Shown here in pieces: positions 1 to 12,942 of a stretch of DNA of 64,000 bases. Source of the stretch: Ascidiella aspersa (lineage: Eukaryota). Within the stretch, counting starts at the first letter, position 1; each line of letters opens with the position of its first letter. Made by a program: the position numbers and the translations under genes. The stretch lies in contig OZ004614.1 of NCBI GenBank assembly GCA_963924565.1, positions 23,808,001 through 23,872,000 on the forward strand, given 5' to 3'. The notes below the pieces were generated by a model that did not search any database, was not told where the DNA came from, and was given only the letters and a program-made list of their open reading frames with translations.

Positions 1-117
1 TTCAATAGTAGTATTTAACCTATGTGTGTTGGCTTGTGTGTCTGTGTGCTCTTGCAAGTTTGTGCTTGATGTGTAGGCTATAGGTTTTTGTGTTTATTCC
101 CAAGTGTGTAAATGCTG

Positions 118-270
118 NNNNNNNNNNNNNNNNNNNNNNNNNNNNNNNNNNNNNNNNNNNNNNNNNNNNNNNNNNNNNNNNNNNNNNNNNNNNNNNNNNN
201 NNNNNNNNNNNNNNNNNNNNNNNNNNNNNNNNNNNNNNNNNNNNNNNNNNNNNNNNNNNNNNNNNNNNNN
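118..270. other. Assembly gap (N run) next to TG-rich low-complexity sequence
   Basis: Run of n characters; ORFs spanning it are artefacts. Confidence 0.99.
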
Positions 271-1612
271 TAGTATACAACTAATAAAATAAGTTATAAA
301 TATCTGCTTGCATGTTAACCCCCAAATGCATTTTGTGACAAGTCCGCACAAAAATTGTTGGCCAGACTTTTCGTTATCCCATAGCCCTTTGGACCGCAAC
401 AAGTGGTGACATCGCGCATTTAAAGGTTTGGAGACAAACAACTAATACACAAAACGTTGTTTAAAATAACGCTCAGTGATCTAATCGTGGCAAACGGCAA
501 ACCATGTTTTAGGGCTCCCTATAAAGTGGGTACTTTAAATTATCGGAACCTGCATTACAACACGAGCTCTCATTAACAGCAGTTGTGAAAAAACACTAAT
601 GATGTTTGCGGCAATGCTACATAAAGGGGTTCTACACTCAGGTAAACGGATTCCTTCCAAAGTTTGCGTGCCATGTAACAGTACATTAAAATGACTTCAA
701 GTGCTGTAACATTCGCATATAATATCCGCAGTAATTCTACCACTTGGTCTAGTGCTTATTTAGTCATTATTAGTCGTCACTGATGTCGACTAATGACTGA
801 TAAATGTCCAAACCAGAGCGCTGGGTACCTAATTAAAAGTTTGATTATGGATTAACCTAGAATTAGGGATGAAGTTCGGAGTGGTTTGAAGGTAGTTAAA
901 AAGCTTGCTAAAGTCCTATGCTGGCAATTAGGGTCTTAGTTTGGCCGACTTGGGTCTTATTTGATCGTTTATAGATCTTATTCCGGCGGATTTAAGTTTA
1001 GGTCTGTGGTAAGTCTTATTCACAAAATTCAGATCGTATTCAAAGTTTTGCCTAATTACAAACTAGAAATCGTCTGTAATGTCATTCATTTCGGTCTTGT
1101 TACTTGAGTCCTTTTATTCTTCATCCCAAAAACAAACACACAAATCCTTCAAACGTGTTTTCGCAGCTAACCGTGAAGCATTATTTTCGTAAAATTGGGT
1201 TATTCATCCTACGTTTTGCACATAAAACAACTTGCTTGCCCTCTATTGCCGTTTTGGTATATTTTAGTTAAGGTATTGCTCATAATCGGACGATTTTACC
1301 AGTTTTAATCGCTTAACGTGTAAATTTTACGACAAGGACTTGACTTGGAATTGACTTGCTTTAATTATGACTTGACTGGGACTTGACATGTTTTCCGTTT
1401 AAAAATACTTGACTTAGACTTGAGTTATTTAACAAATAACTTGACTTTGGTCATTTCAAAATGATTTGTCTACAACACTGTAGGCATAACAGTGCATTTT
1501 TCCGTTAATTTGAAAGATTTTCCTTCGAACCCAACCCCATTTTAAACAGGTGTCAAAAGTGACCTGAAACCTTCACCAGATTAATTAAAAGCATGATGAC
1601 CTGGCTGCTTAC

Positions 1613-4021
1613 CTCCTTTGCGATGTCGGATCTTCCGGACACAGTGATCCTAGTGATCCTCCTAAACTTCTCCAGGGAGCTGCAGTCCCTGGTGGCACTA
1701 CAGGAGCTCCGGTAGCCCAGGGTGATGAAGAAGGGTCGGTTCTGTGTGAGTGAACCGGTGCTGTGCATTCTGTCCAGCGACCTTCGGTACAACAAGTCAA
1801 TTGACTGAATTGATAAATGAAATTGGTGAAAAAACTTCTGCCTTAGAGGCCTTAGCTACAACCTAGTGCTAGTGGGTAGCCGTTGTGATGACTCAAGTCA
1901 CTGTTTTGTGATAATGCACTTCAGTCACTGTTTTCAAATGATTCGACTAGAGTCTTTCGGACAAAATGACTTGACTTGACTTAAGTCTTATTTACAAATG
2001 ACTTGACTTGGATTTCAAAACGACTTATTTCCAACCCTGCTGTGCAGATACATTAGCTACAAACTAGCGCTTCCTCGAGACATTTTGCTGTAAAGGGAAA
2101 TTTAAGCCATTATTTGCAATTCGACGCAGCAATTCCTACCTAATAATAAGTAAATAAGATAATAAGTGAACAGCTTAGGGTAACTGAAACACTCTTAACG
2201 CCAAACCAAATTCTAGCCTAATAATATGAAAATTCGATAGTTTTGAATGTTTAAATTTAGCCCATTTTGCTTGTTTGACCATGCTAATGATAATTTTTTG
2301 TTCAAAATTTCGGTTGCTGTGTTGGAATAAAATGTTAATTATCGCCGTAAGTTTAGATCTTGATTAAACCTTGGTAACATATAAATAAATTGCAACTTAA
2401 ATTGTTATTTTCTAATGCTAGAATTAAAAATTAATTATTTACAAATTATTTTCTTTGGACCCATTGTTGTGTGGGTGGCGCAGTGCTAGTTTACCAACGC
2501 TAGAAAACTTTTTTTTGCTATATTTACCGTCCGATCGGTTCTGTTTGTGTGATGGGGGAAGGCCCTTGATAGAGACGCGGAAAATACGGTTTCGGTGGTT
2601 CCCCTTCTCCTGCGCTCTAAAAAATGACAACGGTTTGTCAATTAAAGAAATTTGCCTCGACGCATTCAGTATATATTTTTGTAACACGACGTAACAACTG
2701 TAAGAGCGTTTCTTAAACTGGTAAATGCTTCACCACCAGTTGAATGAAATTTCCTAAAGAAACACAGCATTAACCCTGTCCAACATATACATATATGCAA
2801 TTCTTGGCGAGCAATTCATTGAACGCAAATATCCGTACTTAAAAAAGTTACAAGTCAATACGGATAAAGCCTTTTTCTCAAACTTTTTCAGCTTGCGGCG
2901 CATGTATTATCACACGATAACTATATTACTTATTTACTCTTTTATAACTTATAACTAAAAATATACCGTAATATTATCCGTTATTTAATGTATTATGAAT
3001 ATTTCAGTATCCCATTGCATGCATGCTTATACGTAGTTGTAATTTTAGCGGGAAGTAAATACCCAAAATGTTCTTATATTTTCAAAATGTTTAAACTATT
3101 ATGTTCAAATGTGTGAAATTAAATTCTTTTTTAACCAGGCCATCCCACCATTTGCTTGAGTATATGTAAACTAAAATTTCAATTGGTTGGTTGAACGATA
3201 ACCTCACGTTTTTAAAGGTTTTTTGTTTAGATACGCCGTTATGACTAAACTCTGTGGCGTTATCTCTGAGAATTTTCATGCATTCCGGCAAGTAAATGAT
3301 TGTTCTTTCACCCCTGCTTATTCCTAACCCGTGGAGAATGAATCTGAAAGCCGATAGGTTCGTGGAATTTCAACGAATAAATAAATATGTAAGTCATTCA
3401 TCAAACGCCACAAATAATCCAATATACTTCTGTACGAGCTTTGGTAGTTATTCTACGGTGAACTGCAACCCCCAGTCACTATCTTAGGTTTTTTGAAAAC
3501 ATTCACAAAATGTTACCACTTTCTGTTCAGGATTTGCAACTCATTCTATACATTTTTCTACAATCTCTAGCCATTATTCTCCTAAACAAAACAGAAAAAA
3601 CAAGCCGGAAACACACAGTATATGTTCCACCCACCTGAAAGGCCGCCTTCTTGTCCAATCTCTTCAACAAGGCGAGCAAATCTTCGAGCGCAAAAAACTC
3701 CGCTTCGGCCCTCGCTCGCTGCCGGTCGGCGGCGCTAGAGAGCAAGCGCTCCTGGCACGGCGCCAGCGGATTGCGCAAGAAGTCCAGGATCAAACGGAAG
3801 GTGGCGCCGTCGCGGTCCAGGAACATCCGGCCCTGGGAGTCGCGCGTGAACGGCGCCGCGTCCGCCGGGACTTCCCCGTTGGCCGTGTAGGCCCGTACGG
3901 CCGCGGCAAGACGTGATTTGGGTTGCTGTGTAAGGGTGGCCATCGTGCTTGTGTAAAGTGTTCCGCCAATGTTCAGCTCAACTATGTTTTGGCTGCTGCT
4001 GCCGGCGTCCTGCGCTGCCAT
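1613..4021 (-). CDS. KCTD8/12/16-like BTB(T1)+H1 protein, 3'-partial; exons 4021-3635 and 1804-1613
   Basis: Exon 1 has a T1/BTB domain (IVELNIGGTLYTST...RDSQGRMFLDRDGATFRLILDFLR...AEAEFFAL). Exon 2 has the H1 motif FITLGYRSSC...EKFRRITRITVSGRSDIAKE. GT-AG sites, both phase 0 (387 and 192 nt). Remaining exons not found before the gap. Confidence 0.88.
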
Positions 4022-6408
4022 GGCTACGGAAGAGGATTCCGCTTCCTTTTTTTTCTTCTTCTTCTTTTGGATGGAGTAGCTGGCGATCCTTGGACTTTTG
4101 GAAACGAGTTTGGGAGTTTAAATTTCTTAAAGTTCGTCTGTTGATTTACGTTGATTTGGACTTCAAGCTTGCGCTGATTTCCTTATCCGTGCTTTTTTCT
4201 TGATTGCAACTTATTAATTTATTGAGTTTTCTATATTTTTGTCACTATATGGAATGCCTGCGTCCAAAGAAATGAAATGTTTTTTCAGATCGATGAAGCC
4301 ATGTTTGATTCTCAATTAATTTGTTATTAAAGGGCTATACTTAAAATATGTCCGATAATATCGGAATGGAGCCGATACCCGATATCCGATTCTAAGTTTT
4401 CCATCGGCACTTATCCGATACTAGGGTGTTATCAGCGCCGAACTAATACTAAACTGACATAGATATTTCAGCCATTTTTTATAGTTAAAAAATTGCTTTG
4501 AACATTTCAATTCCATCAATATTGCTTATTGGGCCAAAGTAACGACGTCGCTGTTTATTAAATGAGACAGCTGTATTGATTTTTCAAAATATCGGGAAAC
4601 GGTAACGGAATAAAATAGGGTTTGAGCATCTCTACTTATAATTGACGCCCCAGGTTATTAAACTCAAAGGCTCTTTTTTAAAACAGTGATTGACAGAAAA
4701 CCAGTAGCAAACGGTTTTAGTCCTTTTGAAGACAAATGTTCACAAAATAGCTCCCGCATTAACGCACCGAAACCCAACGGTGAATAATGCTCAGAGCCAA
4801 CTTGTATATTTCAAGTTTTATATATTCGACTAATGCATTCTCGTAAAACAATTGCACCGTAAAATATCTACAAACAAACTCAGTTATGAGAATTATACTA
4901 GCTCGAACGCTTTTATTATGTAATACTGTATATTCTACACGTATAAATTTCCATTACGAAGACAGCTAACCCAAATGAAAAACGCAACTTTGGTTTGAAC
5001 TATCACACGAAAACTTAAAAAAATTTCTTTCTTCAAAAATTCTTCTCAAACCTAAAACGACTCAGTTGTTTGCCTGGTTGCAGTCAAAGATTTGTTTAGT
5101 TATTACAACTTAATGTTAATAAGCCTGTAAGCCAGGCAAGCTCATTTTTTGTGTCGTCCATTATTTTTCCTAATTGTTTATAGTCCTGCATGCTTACTGG
5201 AATAAGCTAAAAGTTAAAGAAAGAAAGAAAGAAACACCAATCTAGCCTTCAAAATCAATCTTATATTAATTTGAATACGAAAACAGGTAACGCAACTTTG
5301 GTTAAAAAAAAAATTTGAATTTGAATTAAAAAAAATATCGCAAAATTTAATAAACTATCCAACTGTTCCTAATCTTTCTACACTTCCGGACCGGCAAAAA
5401 TACACAAATCATTTTACGGACCGGCAGCAATAGTTTTCGAAAAACGATTCTCCTATAATTCAGCAGCTATTTAGGGCGCGTTATTTATAGACGACGCTGA
5501 CAAAGTCATATAGGTTATTTGAAAAATTACTAAGGTAGTCTACTTTAAGGCAATATTAGTACCAAATTCGGAGGTATTAAAACAAATTTTGGCTTTGGTC
5601 TAGAACTCTCACATTTTCGTCCAGTGGTTTAAAATTAAAATGTTAACGATATTTGGGTTAGGGTGCGAGTTAGCCTTGGGTAATATTCTTATATTGTTAT
5701 TATTCCATATATATTTTTTCAATTTTGACAACTATAGTTTCTTTACTGTAATAAAAGGTGGTAGGATTCTAGAGCAGCGCCCTTATTATTTTAGCATTGA
5801 AAACAAGTCATTTTAAAATTACTTAAGTCCCAGTCAAGTCATTTGTAAAAAAACTTGCCGAAGTAAAATCTCAACACTGTCTAATGTGCTTAAACTGCAA
5901 TTTGGCATAAAAACTGCAATTTGGTCTGAATTGCATTTTAGCGATATTTACCGAAAACTACTAATTGCGCTTACTTAAAAAAAACTGAAATCGCGTGAAC
6001 TACCAATCACACTGAGCTACCAGACAACCTAAAAATAATCAAGGTTTCCTAATTTCTTTCCTTTTCCTGTGGCGCACCGGGCAACCTTCTATGACGCCAT
6101 AGTGCGGTTTAACAAACTGACGGGTGCGTTTAATTTTAAATCTAATAACCTGTCAGGGGTAATTTTGGATTTCACACCATGAGTGAACGCCGTTCAATTG
6201 TATTGATCGACAATGCATATCGTTTTTTAATTACTTGGTTAAGAGGTGTGGATTCACGAAATTGCCTTCCGCTGCCTATGTTTATTTCCTTTTTACCTGT
6301 TGGATTACAAGTCCTCAATAATTGCATCTTTTTTTCATGGTGCTTTAAAGCAGTTTTTACTCGGCCTTTTTTGAAAAATCTGCCCAGAAGGTTAAGTGAT
6401 TTAAAATT

Positions 6409-7087
6409 CAGTGTTGTAAACAAGTCATTATGAAATGACTTAAGTACCAGTTAAGCCATTTAAAGAATAACTTAAGTCCAAGTCAAGATTTTACAATAAA
6501 TACCAAGTCAAGTCCCAGTCCAAGTCATCGGTTGCCCAAGTCAAGTCCAAGTAAAGACATTATGAGAGGAAGTCAACTGCAAGCTATATCATTTACAAAA
6601 AATAAAATTAAACAACTCTCTCGATTATGAGCAACGACTAAAAATAACAATAACGCGATACCTCCAGCAAAATGTTTTACATCCATAAATTAAGATAAAT
6701 TCCAATTTATTGAAAATTATTAAATAAAAACACTTAATTTAAAGGTATTTGCAAAATAACGTGAGGCCAAATCAGGTCATTTGCAACAAGTAGCAAGCCA
6801 AGGCCCGGTCAAAATCATTAGTCACGCAAATCAATTTCAAATAGAGTATCAAAAATTAATATTAAACTTTTGAAATAGTAAACACGTTCCATTTTGACCA
6901 ACATTTCGAAAACCAAACACGAAATAACTAAAAAAATAGCAAGATTTAATACATTTTATAATTGTCCCAAATATCCAAATAATTTTACGAAATGTTATTA
7001 ATTAAATCATTTTAACATACGCTTGATGTGTAAATGACTCAAGTCTAAGTCAAGTCGTTTGTCTAAATGACTTAAGCTATACAACAG
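6409..7087 (-). mobile_element. (ACTTG)n-rich hAT-type MITE copy; other copies at about 1170-1480, 1885-2040, 7500-8003, 11963-12390, 45290-45740
   Basis: Terminus CAGTGTTGTAAACAAGTC and internal CAAGT arrays shared with the intact copies at 21434 and 29013. Confidence 0.7.
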
Positions 7088-10000
7088 TATTAAACACACG
7101 TTGGCCTTGGTATACTTGAAAATATAGCCACCCTATTATAGCGCCGAATCAAAATGCGTATTTACAGCACTGACACAAGACGATTTGTTGTCAACATCCC
7201 AATGTGTTGGCGATATTGCGAAAAAACAACCTGTGTTTCTTGGAAAAGGGAGATTTGGAAAGGGCAAACAGCGAACATTATTGTTTACATGTAAAATGGT
7301 GCATCTTCACGGAATGGAAAACCATTTGGCGGCCTAGGTTTCTCCTTGTCAATCACTATTCCACTGACGCGTATATTGACAATAAAAATGAAAGTTTAGA
7401 AACCTGAGTAACTGGAATGTATATTTCGCCTATTCTAAAATCGTTAGTTCCTTATTCAATATGAATGTCATTGTAGCTAAGATGAATAAAGCAAGTAACC
7501 TTGGACTGTTTACAGCCAAATGACTTGACTTAAGTGCACTTAGGTTACTATTTAAGTTACTATATATTTTTTGACTTGACTTGACTTAAGTCTTTTGGGC
7601 TAATGGCTTAACTTGACTGAAGTCATTGGGACAATTGACTTGGGTTAAATTAATTGTTTTCATTAAGTGTTATTTATAAAATTGCGTTATTTATCCTAAT
7701 CTTTGCACGTAAAACAATTTGCTTGTTATATGTTGCGTTTACGTTATTATTTACTTGAGTAATTGCTGATAATCGGAAGGTTTTGCCAGTTTTCATAATT
7801 TACTGTTTTATTTTTGTGACAAGGGGTTGACTTGGAGTTAACTTACTCTAGCTATGACTTGACTGGGACTTGACTTCGGCAACCGATGACTTGGACTGGG
7901 ACTTGACTTGGTATTTATTCTAAAAAACTTGACTTGGGCTTAAGTTATTTTAAGAATGGCTTGACTGAGGCTAATAATTTCAAAAATGGTTTGTTTACAA
8001 CACTTATTTACATGTTAGCTTAAACACAGTTGGTAAATGATGTCTATCCTAGCTAATTCCACTCGCCAAAGAGAACCTATAAAAAACTTTCACGATTTCA
8101 CAAGAGGGGGGCTGCTTACTTTCTACATCCAATGCTTAAAATTGTATTTACACTAAAGACAAAAACGACGTTACCCAAATGGCGTTCTTCCTACATCAAC
8201 CAGACGTTAAGCAAAACTACATCAACATTAACATAGACATAAATGCACTTTAAAATATTTTCTAGAAGCCGTAAGAGACCTTCTTTTTACTCTTAGCAAA
8301 TTTACAGCACTTTTCGCAAAACTGGAGCAGTAAAACTACGAGCCAAAAGCGACGTTACACAAATTCGCAAAAAGCGGTCAAAAAGGCCGAAATTCCCGTG
8401 AAAAGAACCACAGCCGACCGCCCGAACGACTAAAGCTGTATATCAACAGAATCATCGGGGCATGTTTCCAGCAACTTCCTATACAGTCGGCTCGATTCTG
8501 TAGCAAACGCGGCGCGCGGCACGCGGCACACCTATGCGAGCCCTGCTCTCTGCAACCGTGTGTAAAGCGCGTGCGGGCTCCACTTCCCCCAAAAGTCGAT
8601 TCTACACGGGCGGATGTTGCGTGTGCGCGGCCCAAGCGCAGCTTAATAGTTTATACGGTTCAAGCTGATTTACCGTCGCGTGTATAAGCTACTATAAACG
8701 CGCAAACCCTATGCTTGTTTGCCGGGCACTTTTGAACTCTGTGACACACTCTATTTTGAACTGGATAGTTTACACAGTTAGCCAAGTCGACAATTTAGAG
8801 CCATATGGTGATAATTCTTACCTTAATTTTAATCCTATTTAAGTTATTATATGTTTGTTCATCCTAATTTTAGATTTAAACAATGTAAAATTGTTTAATT
8901 ATTCGTATTCTAATTCTAATATAACTTGTTAGTTTATAGTTGTTTTCGATCTTACTAAAATGCCACTTTGTCAAATGGCGTTTTCAGTTATTTTTTCAAA
9001 CAAGTGCTCAACCATGCAATTGAGTTATACTGATAAAAAACGCCATTTATGGCGTACGAATATTTGCCTTTCACAATTTGAAAAAGTAAATGCGATTACA
9101 TCTAAATTGATATGCAAATGTTAAAATTTATAGTTCAGATTTTAATTTAGTTTATAGTTCTCGCAAATTGAGCAATTATCATCTAATTTCCATGGTCCAA
9201 CTTTAATCTATTGTTAAAATATTTTTGCAGGTACGTCGTTCTTTTTCACCAGGCTATGACCCTTTTAACCAGGCAAATCCGGCATTTCCTTAAATGTGTT
9301 GAAACTAAAAAGCGGTTGCACATTTGTGCGCGACACAGAGCGATAACCTCAGGTTTCCTGTATGGTTCTTGCTTTAGACATCCCTTTATGACGTAACATT
9401 GTGACGTCATCTCTGAACATTTTCACGCGTCCGGCAAAAAACCTATTTTACCTTCACTCCGGTCTTTACTCTTATTAGAAGTGCCGGGTTTTTCGAACTG
9501 TGTGCAAAACGCAAAGGACGTTTTGGACAAAAATAGATTTATTGTTAAACTTGTAAAGAAATTGACATAAATACATGTCGCGATTTAAAGGCGAAACAAG
9601 CCATTACAATTGCCTTTATCTTCGATTTTGCTCGAAAACAGAGGACATATAGGCTACTGCTCGTGTACAACCCTGTTTCTTTAATTGTTTTGAATTTTTG
9701 GGATCATTATTCGCGGCCCACAAACAATCTGAGTTTGACACATAACAAGGAAATTTGTACATACCGACATCTAGAAACTACATTTAAAAGTAGCCTACTG
9801 CCGTTTTTGAAAGATAAAATTTAACAACAAACCATAAACAAGTCATTATAATAATTACTATATAAACAGAAGTCAAAATCCTGGAAATAAAAACGCACCT
9901 TATACACAAAACTATACCTACAAATATCTAAATACTTAGCTATTCGCACATTAAAATACGAGCTTACGCGTCACGAATACTTGACGACATTTAAAGAGGA

Positions 10001-10224
10001 GAAAATACGCCAGTCGCCCATGTGCTTAAAATATAGTAGAGAGGGATTACTTTACCGGGCTATTATCGGCCGAGACACAAACACTAATGAGACTCTGGCG
10101 CCAACTCCCCGGCTTTAGTTTACCTAATGTACAACGATGTTTATTTGAATTAAGATAAACTGACAATGCATTTGCTGGCGAAATACATTTATTTATGTAC
10201 ATTATTTTATAAGATATTAAAGGT

Positions 10225-10386
10225 TAAACTAAGTACAAAACTTAATGAACCGAAAATCAGTTTGTTTGAATGTTATCATATGATAAGTTAAGATACTGAT
10301 TATGCTTTTAATAGCGAAATATATTTATCATATTATAACATCCAAACAAACTGATTTTCAGTTTACTAAGTTCTATACTTAGTTTA
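10225..10386 (+). mobile_element. Palindromic insertion with a central degenerate minimal hammerhead motif (10291-10330)
   Basis: Imperfect inverted arms of about 60 bp. Centre reads AGATA-CTGATTA-T-GCT(tttaat)AGC-GAAA-TATATT-TATC. Confidence 0.65.
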
Positions 10387-11056
10387 TTATTTATCATTGA
10401 TGAGCAACCAAAATCGTTTGTTTTCACCATTCGGATTCAGGCAGATTCTGTTATTCGAAAGAAAAATCTGTTTATAAAACCTTGTGATAATGCCTGGCCC
10501 GAATCGCAAGCTACGATAAAGTATTCTGCTGTAATACACCAACGCCGTAAAGAATGCCAGATCGCCGCGAAAACCAGAAGTTGTCGTCGAACTTTGCAAA
10601 ATCAATTCCTGCGCTAACGAGGGCTTCTTATTAGCTATACAGGTTCTATAAACCAACCACCAAAATCTAGGAAATTTTCTTCAATGCTAGGAAACCTTTC
10701 TTTAATAAGTGTAAATTGTGTCCCTTTTGCTGTTTCATTAAATACGGCCCTATTCTCTTTCTGTCACCAAATATCATGTTCGTTTTTTATTGTTTTCTTC
10801 TCAAAAGTCATAGCGCATTTTCTAACTCTGCCTTTGCTGTCAATATTTGTTTGACATACTGCGATCCATAGACGTGACACGACGCATACCTCGACCAGCT
10901 AAATAAACTGCATTTGTGCGTTCGGCAGAGCGTCGTTATGCATTACACGAGAAAGGGAAATTCCGTAATGCAAAGCAAGAGAAAAAGATTTTTCTCACGC
11001 GCAGGAAAACCTATAACTCCACAGCGCTGCTTTGCGGAAAAACAATTTAACAATGC

Positions 11057-11480
11057 CAGAGGTTCTTAAACTGTGATCAGAGACACCCGTGTGTGTCATT
11101 TCAATCTTCCAATGGCGTTGCACCATGATTCCGTTTTGCATCTAAACTTAAACGCAGTAAAAATGCTTACAGATAGTGTTATTTCCCGATAGTTGCATTC
11201 GATCGAATTCTAGTAGTTCATTACAATTGGGTACAAGGTCCTTTTTACCATAATTAAAATAAATAACTGCAATTGTTTCCTGCTTCACACGATTAGACCT
11301 AACGCCACTCATATTTGCGCACAAGTTCGCTTACGACGCAAAGATTTTTTTAAGATCACCTGTCTTGTGACGTCGTTATGACTGAACTCTGTGTCCACGA
11401 CCCTGAATATTTTATGGGTGCGTCAAAAGTTCAACAGCTTTTTGGAAGAAGTCGCAAGGAAAAAGATTTGAGAACCGCTG
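11057..11480. mobile_element. Degenerate hAT-type MITE
   Basis: Ends CAGAGGTTCTTAAACTG ... TTTGAGAACCGCTG resemble the TIRs of the 61979 element. Confidence 0.5.
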
Positions 11481-12765
11481 ATCTACATTAAATGACGACA
11501 AACATGTTTTGCTTAATAAGAGGCAACGACTATTATTCAGCTATAAGAGCAAGCTGGAACGGCCTGAAAGCGTGTACTTGTTTAACAAGTTCAGCAGGTA
11601 AACATAGCGGTAAAGTTACGAACCATCGACAAAACATAACACAGCAGGTTTTTTTAAGGTTTGGTTTGGGTGACCGCTAAGTAGTTTTAAGAGACCGCAA
11701 GTGTTTCATTTTAATACCAAAAAATAGACATATTTGCTTAAACGAATTATTTATTAGGCTACTGGCAGTGCACAATCACAGAACAAATTTTTCAGGTTCT
11801 TTCTCATGCAACAAAACAGATTCGCAATCCCCAAATTTTGGAACACTGTGTCTATGTCCAAATTTTGGGAAACCGCTGGAGAAATTTTTTCACAGGCGGG
11901 TTCAAATGTTTATATTTAATTAAAATTTAAAATGTGTGTTGTTTGCTTTTGGGGCAAATATGCAGTGTTGCAATGACCTAATTCAATTACTTAATGACTT
12001 GACTTATGTTGTTTGGTAAAATGCCTTGACCTAATTTTAATCTTTCGGGAAAATGACTTGACTTTGGCCTAGAAAGCGTTGAGCCAGATTGCTTGGGTTG
12101 AAAATAATTGTTTTTAATAAACATTCTTAAATAAAATTGGGTTAATTATCCAAATTTTTTGCATGTAAAACAATGAGCTTGCTATATGTTGTATTTTTTT
12201 CTAGTTGGGAAAGTGCTTATAATCGGAGGAGTATACAAATTTTAATAGTTTGTCGTTTTTCTTTGTACGACAAGGAATTTTGTCCCGCTCTAATAACGAC
12301 TTGACTGGGCAACTGGTGACTTGGACTGGGACTTGACTTGTCATGTTGTAAAAAGACTTGCATTGGACTTAGTTACAAATTACTTGACTGGGTTTTATAA
12401 TTGATGCTTTAGTTTACTTCTCAGTCGCAATAACTGGAAAAGATACAAGTTCGTATCACTACGTCTTAATCAAGATTATATCAATCTGTCGTCTTTTTTT
12501 TTGATTCATTATCAAGCTACGTTACAGATCCGTGCATATCGTGCATCCCAAAATTGCAGTGGTGTAGTAAAACGAAAATATGTCGCTGGAAAGCTGTTTG
12601 TAGTTTTTGGCTTTAACTGATTTGTTTGCATTATTTGATGTCAATACTCTTGTTATTTTTGTCTCTGACCTCTGCAGGTGTTTACAAATTTTATACGCGA
12701 TCTTATATCTATATTTTAGACATTTTAACTAAACTGTCTTTGGCATTTTATACATGTTTGCTTTT

Positions 12766-12806
12766 TGTACAGAAACTGATGATGGCGAAATTTATATTTC
12801 TGTACA
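12766..12806 (+). ncRNA. Minimal hammerhead remnant with stem II deleted
   Basis: TGTACAGAAA-CTGATGA-TGGC-GAAA-TTTATA-TTTCTGTACA: a perfect 10-bp stem I around both core boxes. Confidence 0.55.
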
Positions 12807-12942
12807 GTGTTAAGAAATGATTTTATGTTTTATACCAGTGTTCATAAACAGTCTTAAAACGATAAACTCTTCATGTTAAGTTTATGTACAGCTTGTCGCT
12901 CGACAGTTGTCCATATTGTTTAGCAATTAACTGCTTTGTGCA

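Noticed and set aside
8378-8635. GC-rich 85-aa ORF
   Set aside because: Non-ATG start and no homology; more likely a CpG-rich regulatory region upstream of the KCTD gene, which cannot be confirmed here
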